A stretch of DNA of 64,000 bases, from assembly GCA_037447605.1 (NCBI GenBank), contig CM074819.1, positions 124,001 to 188,000 on the forward strand, given 5' to 3'. This stretch comes from Zygnema circumcarinatum SAG 698-1b. Its lineage: Eukaryota > Plantae > Zygnematophyceae. The translations under genes were made by a program, and so were the position numbers. Position 1 is the stretch's first letter. Each line of letters begins with the position of its first letter. Below the pieces are notes generated by a model. It saw only the letters and a list, made by a program, of their open reading frames with translations. It searched no databases and was not told the origin of the DNA. Positions 23,700-36,212 of the stretch are shown in pieces.

Positions 23700-24511
23700 N
23701 NNNNNNNNNCTTGAAAGAGTTGCTTCAAGCAAATTTCAAGATGTCAGATTTGGGGGAGGCGCAGTATCTGCTAGGAATGCAGCTGAAGAGGGGGCAGGAT
23801 GGAAGCTTGTTTCTATGTCAAAAGAAGTATGCTTCAGATGTGCTTGCCCGTTTTCGAATGGAGGATTCTAGGCCATGCTCCAGCCCCATGGAGGTAGGCA
23901 CTAGGCTATCGAAGGAGATTTCACCTTCGACAGATGCGAAGGCACAGAAGATGTTCGGAGTGCCGTATAGATCCGCGATTGAGAGTCTAATGTACTTGAT
24001 GATTGGAACGCGTCCGGACTTGGCGAAAGCGGTGAGCTCGGCCAGCCGATTCATGGAGAATCCCGGCCTCGAACATTGGGAGGCGGTGAAGAGGATTTTC
24101 AGATACGTGAAGGGGACGCTCGATTATGGAATCAGGTATGAGAGGGGGCCAACCAAAGTGATTGGCTATACAAACTCAGATTGGGGAGGAGATGTCGATA
24201 CGTCACGCTCGACCTCGGGTTTCGTTTACCTGAATGGAGGAGGAGCGATTTCATGGAGTTCCAAGTTGCAGGACTCGGTGGCGTTATCGAGCACGGAAGG
24301 CGAGTACATGGGTGCTTGTCATGCTTCGAAGGAAGGAGTTTGGCTCTTGCAGTTCTTTGGGGAATGCAAAAGGGACCAACATCCGATCACTTTATTTACC
24401 GACAATCAATCATCGATTGCCCTGGTGGGGAACCCGGTGTTCCACAAGAGGACCAAGCACATTCGAGTGCAGTACCATTACGTACCGGAGTTGGTCGAGG
24501 ANNNNNNNNNN

Positions 24512-24542
<31 letters not shown>

Positions 24543-24935
24543 TCTCTCTTAGGGTGAGGAGTGGGAGGCAGACAAGAGATAAGAGGGGTAATACAAGTGA
24601 GAAGAGGCATAAGGAGAGTTGAGAGGTGAGAACTAAAAGCTAAAAACTGTGTTGTGCTGGATCCTCAGTTTTGAGTGTTGTGTTGAGTACTGTCCGTACT
24701 TTTCATATTTTCCGTACATTTGTACCTTGATCCGTACGTTTAGTACATTCATCTGTACTTTCCGTACCTTCATCCGTATCGTTTTTAAAATATTATATTC
24801 TTTTTGGGGCCGATTTGAATTGCTCAATGCAGTCACGTCACGGGGCACGAAAAAGGGGCATGCCCCCCCCCCCAAGGGGGGGGGGGCACGTGCCCCTGGG
24901 CACGGGTCGGAGGGGGACCGTGCCCCCAACCCTAG

Positions 24936-27900
24936 TGCGAGTGCGCGCGTCCCTCGACCCTAGATTTGCACGTCAGCTGCTAGCCAATCAATATATGCCA
25001 CGTGTTTTCTTCTTAACGTGGCAAATTTTGATTGGTTGAAGTTCTCAATGTACAAAAAATTTGCGTTTCCTCGAAGTTGCGACCGTATGACTTTTGTACG
25101 GACCCACTTTTGAGACGGCTTTGGCGGGATACGTGGGCACTTGCCATTAGCTGGGACCGAGCCCAGCTGCAGATCAAAATGGGGATCTGCCGTTCTGCGA
25201 TCTGCGAGGAAATCGACGGCTGCGATTAACCGCACCTGTGAAGGACGGACACCCGCGAACGATCTCGTGGCTGACGGATCTTCCGGTCCGAGCGGATTCG
25301 TAGGCCGATATTTTTTTCCCTCAAAAAAAAATTCAGGGAGGCGGGATATTCAAAATGGGGTGACGGGTTATCATTTTCCTAGTTTCGCAAAAATAAAATA
25401 TGCCGACGGAAGAAGGTGGGTATCGATTCCAAAAAGGTGTGAAAAAAGCATTTTCCGTTTTTAATCCTTTTTGAAATCTGCCCGGCCGGGAAGGGCTGTT
25501 TTGATCCAAAAAAGGGGTGGAAATAACACTACCCTTAATAGGAACTCAAATATCTTGACGATGGACGGAGAAAGATGTTTGATTGAACTCATGGTGGCAA
25601 GGCCATCAATTGTACATGGATAAAATCGACATAGGGAACCAGAGGAAGCGGTCGCAATGGACATAAGGACAAAGAGAAAGCCTCAAAACGGAAATCTACT
25701 TCTAGGCTCAACAACACGGCACTAGAAGCAGCCGCGAAGGTCGCCGATGTGCGGCGATGCCGACGTAGCTTGATTGGCTGAAGCTATTATAAATAAAATT
25801 TTAATCACTAGAATGTACAAGAAAAAAGAACCAAAGAAATTTTGCAAAAAAAAAGAATGGTAGTGTTATTTCCACCGATGTTTTGGAAAAAGGCTTGAAA
25901 AAAAAGGAAAATGCTTTTTCACACCTTTTTAGAATCGATACAACATCTTTTTCCGTCGGGCAGATTTTATTTTACAAAAACAAGGTCGAAACCCTAAAGA
26001 GTGCGTCCGCCCTGCTCCCCTGTCGGCCTGACTGGAAGTTTCCATAGAACAGGCAACCCACGAGCCAGTGTCTCAACCTTGACTGTTCTTTGCCAGTTTT
26101 TGGTCTTGTTCCGTGGTGCAGTTAGACTAGCAAACGGGACCATGGAGCGGCCGTTAAACGGCTACACACTTGACGTATGGCCCTCTAACCAATGGTAATC
26201 CTGTGAGAGGGGCAGAGGGATGAGAAGCAAATTCACCTTCCACCCTTTCTCCCTCTTCACTGTCCATGGAAACTTCCCTCCTGGTGCCCGCAGCACTCTC
26301 ACTCATTTTTCACTCACGTGCATACACAACACACGAGAGGCGGAATAGAAAAACGTAGGAGAAAGCTCCCAGCCTAAAACTCCTTTATGATGACAAGCTT
26401 TCCAACTCAAGCCCCCATAAGCCTAGTCAAGCTTTCACCACATGATCACTTCACCTTCACGTGAGGCAGCTCTCCACACACGGAGACTCCTCACAAAGGT
26501 CCACCTCCTGTTGCCAAAGCCATGCCCTCAAACTGCCGTAGCTTCGCAATGCATATCAAGAAAGTTACTAACTTACACACCTACTCTCACTATATAGTAT
26601 GGGGCTGTGACGTGACCATGTCCGTCACACATAGCAGGACCATCACATGCAACAACCTTATTCAAACAACCTAAATAAACTACTTCGTGTCTTGCTATGC
26701 ATAGTACACCCAGCCTGGCAACGTACCAACACCACCGCTCTAACCCAGATGGCCATGTACTCTACCGCCGTGCTGAACTTCCCGCCGTCACCCACAAGGA
26801 CTATCTTCCGTACGCAAAGTAGGCTCCGCCGACTCCACCGACTTTGCCGCCTTTTGCCGCCGCATCAGTCCACGATTCCGTACGCCAGGACCGATTCCTC
26901 GGCGCGGTACCAAATGTCGGACTCCCGGCCGTACTGTCCGTACCGACCGTACGGTCCGTACGGTCCATACTATCCGTACGGTTGCGCGGTCGGTCTCGCC
27001 GCCGCGCGCACGCTGAAGTAAGTCCGTCCCCATACATGTCACACCTAGAAGCACACCCCTAGGAACTAAGCGCCAACACAAACATGCTAATCTGAACTAA
27101 CTATGTACACTAACATTCCCCCTCTTTGGCACTTTAGTTCCTGAGAGGCCCCAGCCCAATGAGATCCGAATTAATCCTCAAGGTCTCACCACTGACCTCC
27201 TTCGTCAGCATGTCGGCTGCTTGCTCCCTGGTTCCAATGAACTTGTCTCCGACAAGTCCCTCTCTCACCTGCTCTCTCATAGTGGTATTGGATCCGGAAA
27301 TGCTTGCCCTCGCTTCTGGACCAGAGTTCCCCATTGAGCAATGGGGGCTGATTGTCAGGGTGAAGGTGGTAGGGGAGTTGGGGGCCGCTCGCGCTCCCGA
27401 AGAATTCGCAGGCCACACGCGCTCTCCTCGATGCGTGGCAAGCTCCCATGTACTGCTGCTTCAACTGCTGGAGAAAGCAGCAGAAGGCTGCAAGGTGGAA
27501 TTCCATGTGATGGCCCCACCTGCATTCAAGAAAACGTATCCAGATGTGGAGCGGGATGAATCCAAATCCCCTCCCCAGTCAGCGTCTGTATAGCCATAGA
27601 CTCGGCTGCGAGTCCCCCTCTCAAACCTGAGGCCATAATCCACAGTTCCCTTCAGAAACCGAAATATACGCTTGACTCCTTCCCAATGCTCCTCGCCGGG
27701 GTTCTCCATGAATCTGCTTGCCGTGCTCACGGCTTTCGCAAGGTCAGGCCTCGTGCCTGTCATCAAATACATGAGGCTCCCAATCGCAGATCGATATGGC
27801 ACTCCTGCCATTGCCTTTGCCTCCTCCTGCGTGAAGCGGGACATCTCAGCCGATGAAGCCGAACTCCGGCCTCCATGGGACTTGTGCATGAGTGCGCACT

Positions 27901-30900
27901 CCCACATGTTGAGCTTCCATAATAGTCATACGCATACTTCCTTTGACAAAGGAATAGCGAACCATCTGGCCCCCTCTTCAGCTGGATCCCAAGAGATATT
28001 GGGCCTCTCCAAGGTCAGTCATCTGGAAATTCTCCTGCAAGTGCTCCTTCAACTCTGCAATGCTGCGAAGAGACTTGCTGATCATGATCAGGTCATCCAC
28101 ATAGACCCCAACAAACAACTTATCATCATCTTGTGGCCGGAGTACACACAGAATGTCGGTCTCAAAGCGATCAAACCCTTGTAGCCTGTAAGAGTTCATC
28201 CCGATCTTCTCACTTTTAGGCGGTGGCACAGCGGCCATACAAACTCTTCAGTGCGCACACAGGTTCTCCTTTTCCTTCACCAAGCACTTCCCCTCAGGCT
28301 GCTCCATGTATATCTCTTCATCAAGATCTCCATACAAGAAAGCAGTCTTGATGTCCAACTGGTGGACATGCATCCCCTCTGCGGCTGCAATAAAAATGAG
28401 GGAGCGGAGGGAGTTGAACTTCACCACAGGAGCAAAGGTCTCTGTGTAGTCAATCCCCTCCTTCTGACTGTAGCCCTTGCGCCACAAGTCGCGCCTTGTA
28501 CCTATCGATGCTGCCGTCCGCCTTCCTCTTAACCTTGAAGACCCATTTGCAGCCGATGGCACGCCTCCCAGGTGGGAGCTTCTCCAAGCGCCAAGTCTGA
28601 TTCTCAATCAGACTGTTCCACTCACTATCAATGGCCTCACGCCCGCTTGTCGTCAGCCCCTCAACGGCTTCCACAGTAAGTGGGGAGGCTCAGCAAGCTG
28701 TAAGGCAATAACAACAATGAGCAAATCATGTCCATGTCACGAGAATGATCGCGAGAATGATCCTGGGCATTCTTTCGTGCTTTCTTTCGCATGCGCTTCG
28801 TAGGCACAGCCGGACTGAAACGATTTGGAGGCCGCCTGGTCCTCCCACTTGTCTTCTCCATCACGGAGGGATGCTCTTGGTACTCCACACGGTAGCATTG
28901 GGTACGACGCTTCCCTCTCCTACGGCTCATCAGCCATCTCCTCGACGACTCTTCGTTCGCGGCGCGCGTGGTTCTAAAGAAGCCGCGACTTATGCTGACA
29001 TCTTTACGGCTACCTCCTCTGCCATTGAGCTGGGTCTCCTCACACGAGACTTAAATGAAGTGATGCCTCCTTGATGGTCCATAGGACTCTGCATGTCTCC
29101 CCAATGTGGAGAACCCAAGGGAGTAAAGGTCACCGGTTTCGTCTCATCATCACTCTCTGACTCTACAGGCCGTCGTGAATGAATGGGCGTGGCACTCTCC
29201 TCCGTCTGAGCTTGGGTGGCCACTGGCACCTTCTCCTGCTCAGGGTGACTCACGATCACTTCACCTTCATAGGTGAATCCGAGTGGACACGACTCATCAG
29301 CACGCCTCCATGAGTGGGTAAAGGGAACGTGTGGAGCCTCCTCGTCCACCCTAACGTCCCTGCTGATCTCCACCTTCTTGGTATCAAGACTATACACCCT
29401 GTAAGCCCTGCAATCGCTGGCGTATCCAAGAAAGAAGCCCTCCTTGCCCCTTGGGAAAAACCCTCCGCGCGACGCCGATTGTCGCATACCAACACTTTGA
29501 TCCAAATGCTTTCAAGTGTCCCCACAGTGGGCTTGCGTCCCACTCCACACCTCATCGGGCACTCGATCCTCCAGGACCGATGACGGACACCGGTTCCTCA
29601 CATAAGCGACAGGCATCACTGCTTCTCCCCAAAATGTCACAGGAAATGGTGAGTCATGCAACATCGTCCTTGCCATGTCTCCAAGAGTCCTGTTCCTCTC
29701 TCTCGCGGCTCAGTACTCTGCGGTGTAGTATGGAGCGAAGAACTCTGGCGGTGCCTCTCAAATACTCCTTTGAACACCTTGTTCTTGAATTCTCCTCCAT
29801 TATGCGAGCGAGGAGGTTCTTGGTAGATGGCGGCTCTCATTTCTGCCCGCGCATCTTCCAAGCTACGGAAGGTTTGGATAAGCGTCGGACCGTGTCAGAG
29901 CACCACCCAAATCTTCCGTGAGTAGTCATCAAGGAAAGTGATGAAATATCGACTTCCTCCCAAGCTCGCTGGGGTGATGGGGCCACACAGAATGCGGTAT
30001 TGCTGAAATAGCGGCTCCTTGGTGACGCCCTCTCCATCTCCTCTTATACGAATGGCCCGCGATGGATCTTCTCTTTAATCACGGTCTTATAAAATCCTCG
30101 TGGATCCAGCAGCACCCTCAAGTCCAAACCTGAGACCAACCCCTTCACGAGCCTTCTCCATATGGCTCGAAAACTCACATGCCCAAGCCTCCTATGCCAC
30201 ATCTGCACCACATCTTGTGTCATAAGCAAAACTGACTCTCCATCAACTTCAGGCTTACTCAACTGTAAGACGTACAGGCCCTCTCTCCGGTGCCCTGATA
30301 AGACTTGTCGGTTTTCTTATGTCTAGCCGCGCGGTCGCTTTATCAAAGAAAGTGGCGGAAGTAACCACATTAAGCGCAATCCCCACCGGACACAAAGTTG
30401 TCTTTGCAACCCGGTATAAAGCACGTTACCAATCATGATAGCTGCCCCTTCACTCTCTCCTCCTGAGACGATCCTCACGTCGCCTCCGTCTGGTCACCTT
30501 CATTTCCTCACCAATCGCTGACTGAACTGAACGAGGGGCCTGGAGCGATCTCATCTCGTAGAACAACCCCCAGTCTGCACACATGTGCGTCGACGCCCCT
30601 GAATCAATGAGCCACGGCTTCTCGGGTCCTTCACACATTCTCCCCACAAACTCCACATGCTCCTTCTCAGCAAACATCAAGTTTGTATCAGTAGCAGCAC
30701 TTCTGCAATCAATGCTCTTGTGACCCTTCTTCTTGCACTTGAAGCAAGCGCCTGTGAACTCCTTCTTGCTCGACTTAGTCTTGGCGTCCCCTCCCTTCAC
30801 ATGGGCCGCCTTGCCGGAACGGCACTCGTTGTAGTAGTGACCAGGCATCCCACAAGTGAAGCATGTCCCCTTGGGACGATCTCCGCCACCTCCTCCTTTC

Positions 30901-33180
30901 GCCTTGCCTTTCCCAAAAGGCTTCCCCTTCATCGCCAACACGCTCTCACTCGCATCGGATGCGTCATGAAGAGCGTCCTCTTCACGAATCCGCTTCTTCA
31001 CCTGCTCAAAGGTCAAAGAAGAAGTGGTAAGAACTGTTCGAAGGGCGCTGCATGTGCCGTCAAAGCGACTGGGCAAACCAACCAAGAACTGGCTGATCTT
31101 ATGATGCGACTCAAGACCTGCCCATCACCACGAAGTATTTGCATGCCAGAGGCTGTCAAAGCCCGTAGTCGGTCGGCTCTCATCAAGCTCATCTTCACAT
31201 CTTCGAGCTTCGGTGTCTGGAGTGCACCTTTGTAGCCCAATCCTTCGCATCATTACATGTCCTCCAAACACTTCCACATCTCGTGTGGCGTCTTTGGTCG
31301 TAGAGCATGTGTGAAAGCGTCCCCTTCACACTCATTGCAATCCCGGGTGATGGCCTTGTTGTCACGGGCCTTCCACTTTGCAAGCTCCTCCACGGATGTA
31401 GCCGGCGGCGCCTTCACCTTCCCAATCACATGACCAAGAAGTCCCTTCCCTTCAAGTATGGGAGTCAGCCGCCACTTCCATCCCTTGTAGTCTGTCCCAT
31501 CAAATGCAGGGACATTAAACTTCACACTAGCCCCGGTTTCCTCTTCACCATGAGCTCTGATACCACTTGTGAGAGGGGCAGAGGGATGAGAAGCAAATTC
31601 ACCTTCCACCCTTTCTCCCTCTTCACTGTCCATGGAAACTTCCCTCCTGGTGCCCGCAGCACTCTCACTCATTTTTCACTCACGTGCATACACAACACAC
31701 GAGAGGCGGAATAGAAAAACGTAGGAGAAAGCTCCCAGCCTAAAACTCCTTTATGATGACAAGCTTTCCAACTCAAGCCCCCATAAGCCTAGTCAAGCTT
31801 TCACCACATGATCACTTCACCTTCACGTGAGGCAGCTCTCCACACACGGAGACTCCTCACAAAGGTCCACCTCCTGTTGCCAAAGCCATGCCTTCAAAAT
31901 GCCATAGCCTTGCAATGCATATCAAGAAGGTTTCTAACTTACACACCAACTCTCACTATATAGTATGGGGCTGTGACGTGACCATGTCACGTCACACGCG
32001 CCGGGACCCATGCATGCAACAACCTTATTCAAACAACCTAAATAAACTACTTCGTGTCTTGCTATGCATAGTACACCCAGCCTGGCAACGTACCAACACC
32101 ACCGCCCTAACCCAGATGGCCATGTACTCTACCGCCGAGCTGAACTTNCCGNNNTCNCCNNCAANGACTATCNTGCCTTAAGAAGTAGGCTCCGCCCGAC
32201 TCCACCGACTTTGCCGCCTTTTGCCGCCGCATCAGTCCACGATTCCGTACGCCAGGACCGATTCCTCGGCGCGGTACCAAATGTCGGACTCCCGGCCGTA
32301 CTGTCCGTACCGACCGTACGGTCCGTACGGTCCATAGTATCCGTACGGTTGCGCGGTCGGTCTCGCCGCCGCGCGCACGCTGAAGTAAGTCCGTCCCCAT
32401 ACATGTCACACCTAGAAGCACACCCCTAGGAACTAAGCGCCAACACAAACATGCTAATCTGAACTAACTATGTACACTAACAAATCCGCCACGTCTGCAC
32501 TTTGTACACGTGGCGTATCTCAATTGGATTGGTATTGGTGAGTACAGGTTCGGACCGGGCTTTAAACTCAACGGGACAGAAAGGATGCCGTATTCCGTAC
32601 ATGATGTACGAAAATGCAAGTACAACTTGAACCTTTTTTTTGTAAAATAAAATCTGCCTGACGGAAAGGGTAGTGATATTTCCACCCCTTTTTTGGATCC
32701 AAACACCCCTTCCCGGCCGGGCAGATTTCAAAAAGGATTAAAAACGGAAAATGCTTTTTTCACACCTTTTTGGAATCGATACCCACCCTGCATCGGCAGA
32801 TTTTATTTTTGCGAAACAAGGAAATAACCCGTCACCCCATTTTGAATATCTCGCCTACCTGAATTTTTTTTCACGCGTGCGGTCAATCGCAGCCGTCGAT
32901 TCCCTCGCAGATCGCAACACGGCAGATCACTATTTGCCCTGCAGCCGGGCTCGGTCACAGCAAATGGCACGTGCCCACGTATCCCGCCAAACTCGTCTCA
33001 ACATTTTGTCCGTACAAATGTCGTACGGTCGCAACTTTGAGGAACCCAATATTTCGTACATTGAGAGCTTGGACCAATCAAAGTTTTCCACGTCAAAATA
33101 TTAACACGTGGCAGATGTTGATTGGCTGAGAGATGACAATGGCACGAGATCTCGGGCCGAGGGCACGCGCGCACTCGCAC
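24936..33180. mobile_element. Foldback-type element with ~550-bp inverted arms (24936-25532 and 32625-33180), interrupted by copia D
   Basis: The arms are reverse complements. A ~130-bp subunit (…GATTCCAAAAAGGTGTGAAAAAAGCATTTTCC…) also recurs inverted at 25858-25985. No transposase ORF seen. Confidence 0.6.
26202..32482 (-). mobile_element. Complete Ty1/copia element D
   Basis: Near-identical LTRs 26202-27115 and 31568-32482, TSD AATCC on both sides, PBS revcomp GCTCTGATACCA at 31554-31565, PPT revcomp at 27116. Frameshifted gag (two CCHC), protease WLIDSGASTHM, INT, RT and RH. Confidence 0.95.
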
Positions 33181-33648
33181 GTGCGATCCGGCTTTGGCGG
33201 GACTCGTGGGCGCTTTCCATTCGCTAAGATCGAGCCCGGCTGCAGATCGAACGGTGATCTGCAGTGGTGCGATCTGCGAGGGAAATCGACAGATGCGATT
33301 GACACGCACGTGTGAAGGACGGACACCCGCGAACGAACTCGTGGCGGACGGATCTTCCGCTCCGAGCGGATTCGGGCAGGCAGATATTTTCATTCCCTCA
33401 AAAATGAAATTCAGGGAGGCGGGATACAGTATTCAAAATGCGGTGACGGGGTGTCATTTTCCTTGGTTAGCAAAAATAAAATCAGCCGACGGAAGAAGGT
33501 GGGTATCGATTCCAAAAAGGTGTGGAAAAAGCATTTTCCGTTTTTAATCCCTTTTGAAATCTGCCCGGCCGGGAAGGGGTGTTTGGATCCAAAAAAGGGG
33601 TGGAAATATCACTACCCGACGGAAAAAGCTGTTGTATGGATTCCAATA

Positions 33649-33805
33649 GGGGGTGTCAGACTTAAGAAAATCTTACGAAAAGCGTTACCAAAAAAAAGGT
33701 TACGAAAGTACTCCGCCGCAGTAGGATCGCGATTATACTGGAGTACTCGTTCTGATGTCAAACTTACGAACACGCGTACTGAAATTTTTTAAGTCTGACA
33801 CCCCC
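33649..33805. mobile_element. 157-bp MITE with TA TSD
   Basis: TIR GGGGGTGTCAGACTTAA…TTAAGTCTGACACCCCC flanked by TA on both sides. Confidence 0.8.
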
Positions 33806-34029
33806 TAATGAGTGAAAAAAGCATTTTCCGTTTTAAGGCCTTTTTAAAATTCGCCTGGCCGGGAAGGCCTGTTTTGATCCAAAAAAAGGGCTGGAAAGAA
33901 CACTACCCAAAAAGAAATCTGAAAAGTTGCGGGTCTAAAAAGCCCGCCTCGATTCCGCTCACTGCACCAGCGGCCGCCAGCAATCCGTACGGACCACATT
34001 TTTACCAAATTGTACATTTCCAAAAGGAA

Positions 34030-34760
34030 AATTCTATTCTCACACCTTTTTTGTCTACACAAAGACCTTTTTTTGCCGGGCAGGTTCTATTTTAGAAAAA
34101 AAGGATTAAAAACGAAAAATGATTTTTTCACACCTTTGTCTATACACACTCAAAGGTCCGTCGGGCAGATTTTATTTTAGGAAAAAAGGTTTTGAAACCC
34201 TAAAAACGCATTATAATTCCACAAGCATTGCCAAAGACATCCGGACAATCGTCAGTCATTGTGGCATTGAGGGATGTTGTTTAACTTTGCGACCTCTTTG
34301 AGCCTCTTCATCTCTTTGACCCAATACAAGATCGGCCCTGAAGAACATAGACACTGCTCGGTCATCGATTTTTGGTGAAAAAAAAAAGGAGAGCACAAAC
34401 TTTAGCATGTTTTCATTGTTTGAATGGCAAGTAAACGTTACATGCCTGCAAACTCTTCTCGTATTGGGTCAAAGAGACAAAGTGGCTCAAAGAGGTCGCA
34501 ACGTTAAACAACATCCCTCAATGCCACAATGTCTGATAATTGTCCGGATGTCTCTAGCAATGCTTGTGGATTTATAATGCGTTTTTAGGGTTTCAAAACC
34601 TTTTTTTTCTAAAATAAAATCTTCCTGACGGAAAGAGGACTGTATAGACAAAAAAGGTGTGAAAAATCATTTTTCGCTTTTTTTTTTTTCTAAAATAGAA
34701 CCTGCCCGGCGAGAAAAGGTCTGTGTGTAGACAAAAAAGGTGTGAGAATAGAATTTGGAA
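34030..34760. repeat. Long inverted repeat (arms ~34030-34335 and ~34455-34760)
   Basis: e.g. ACAAGCATTGCC…GAGGGATGTTGTTTAAC mirrored by GTTAAACAACATCCCTC…GCAATGCTTGT. Confidence 0.85.
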
Positions 34761-34769
34761 ACTGCTATT

Positions 34770-35760
34770 TACAGTGTCCTTGTACTGAATGGTGTCCTTT
34801 TTCGCCGGGCAACTTGTACAAAGGATTTTTTTTGCGAAAAATACTATTTCATACTTTTCAGAATAGATACAGACCTTTTTCCGTCGGATGTAAGGATGGT
34901 GATTTGAATGTACGAAGCGCTCGCGTCTACAAGGTATAAGGGCGCAACACGATGATTGGTCGCGGCAACATACGACGTGACAAGTATGTTTGGGACCGTG
35001 ACGTGACGAAACGAGACGCGACAAAAGTGGAGTCCGCGGACGGCAGTCGGAAATGGCGGGAATTAAAACTGACAGACTTTAAAAACTCATTTTAGGGTTT
35101 TTGAGTGCGTCTGCCGCACCCCCTTTGTACAGTTCGCGCAAGGCAGCAGGAGATGGAGTTCGTTACGCGGGAGGAGTCCATTGAAGATGTCAGGAAGAGG
35201 TATATACAGGAAGGAGTTGTCCTCGCAAGCCTCTTGGATAGGCTTTAGTAACCATTCAGGCATTGGACTAGGCAAGATGTTGATAGGCATGATAGAAGCA
35301 TTCAGTCAGCAGAAAGGGTAGCGGGATGAAGTGAACAGGATGTTGGACATATGAAATGACAGAATTTTCTTGAAGCGTACCCTTTTCTGTATATTAAAAA
35401 GTCTCCTTATAAACGTTGAAAAGCCCTAAAATGGATTATTAGTCTGTCAATTTTAATTCCCGCCATTTCCGACTGCCGTCCGCGGACTCCACTTTTGTCG
35501 CGTCTCGTTTCGTCACGTCACGGTCCCAAACATACTTGTCACGTCATATGTTGCCGCGACCAATCATGTCGCTCCACGTGTTGCTCCCTTATACGTTGTA
35601 AACGCGCGCGCTTCGTACATTCAAATCACTATCCGTACATCCAACGAAAAAAGGTCTGTATCTATTCTGAAAAGTATGAAACAGCATTTTTCGCAAAAAA
35701 AATCCTTTGTACAAGCTGCCCGGTGAAAAAGGACACTACATTCAGAAGGACACTGTAAAT
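34770..35760. repeat. Long inverted repeat (arms ~34770-35100 and ~35420-35760) around a ~320-bp unique core
   Basis: GACAAAAGTGGAGTCCGCGGACGGCAGTCGGAAATGGCGGGAATTAAAA and its exact reverse complement. Confidence 0.85.
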
Positions 35761-35943
35761 GGCACTTTCCTAGAATTTTCCTTCAAAAACCGTACGTTCT
35801 GTACAAAACGGTACTGTACGGCACATATGGCAAATGTGTACGAAACCGGCAACCCTAAAATCCATGGAGCCATATATACGGTAGCCCTCCAAGCCTCAAC
35901 TCGGAATCCTGGCAGTGGAGACTATTTTCCTCTCCCTCTCTCT

Positions 35944-35947
<4 letters not shown>

Positions 35948-36002
<55 letters not shown>
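35948..36002. repeat. (CT)n microsatellite upstream of the DUF21/CBS gene
   Basis: Direct reading. Confidence 0.95.
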
Positions 36003-36007
<5 letters not shown>

Positions 36008-36212
36008 TTCCCTCTGTCTCGCTCTCTCGCACACCAAGCCCTAAGACTGGAGCAGGCTTCTGCTATTCCTGCGGCGGCATCCTCTCTCTCTTGCCTCCTA
36101 TTTTCATATAGAGAGTGGGAGGGAGAGAGAGACATAGAGAGACTCCTCCCCCTGCAGATCGCTTCCCTCTCTCTGCAGGGGGAGGGCCTAGTCTGAGTCC
36201 TTTTCGGCAGCC

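Larger units (their letters stand above)
16708..24501 (+). mobile_element. Ty1/copia family G element G2 inserted in the A integrase, itself interrupted by gypsy C
   Basis: LTR start TGTTAGTGTATG at 16708. The INT-RT linker at 16861-17178 matches 62950-63270 reversed. RT/RNase H resume at 23710-24501 (HWEAVKRIFRY, TDNQSSIAL, KHIRVQYH). Confidence 0.8.

Noticed and set aside
24936-35760. Repeat-spacer pattern as a CRISPR-like array
   Set aside because: Units are ~130 bp or longer, degenerate and alternately oriented; spacers are 100-350 bp; no cas genes; eukaryotic context.
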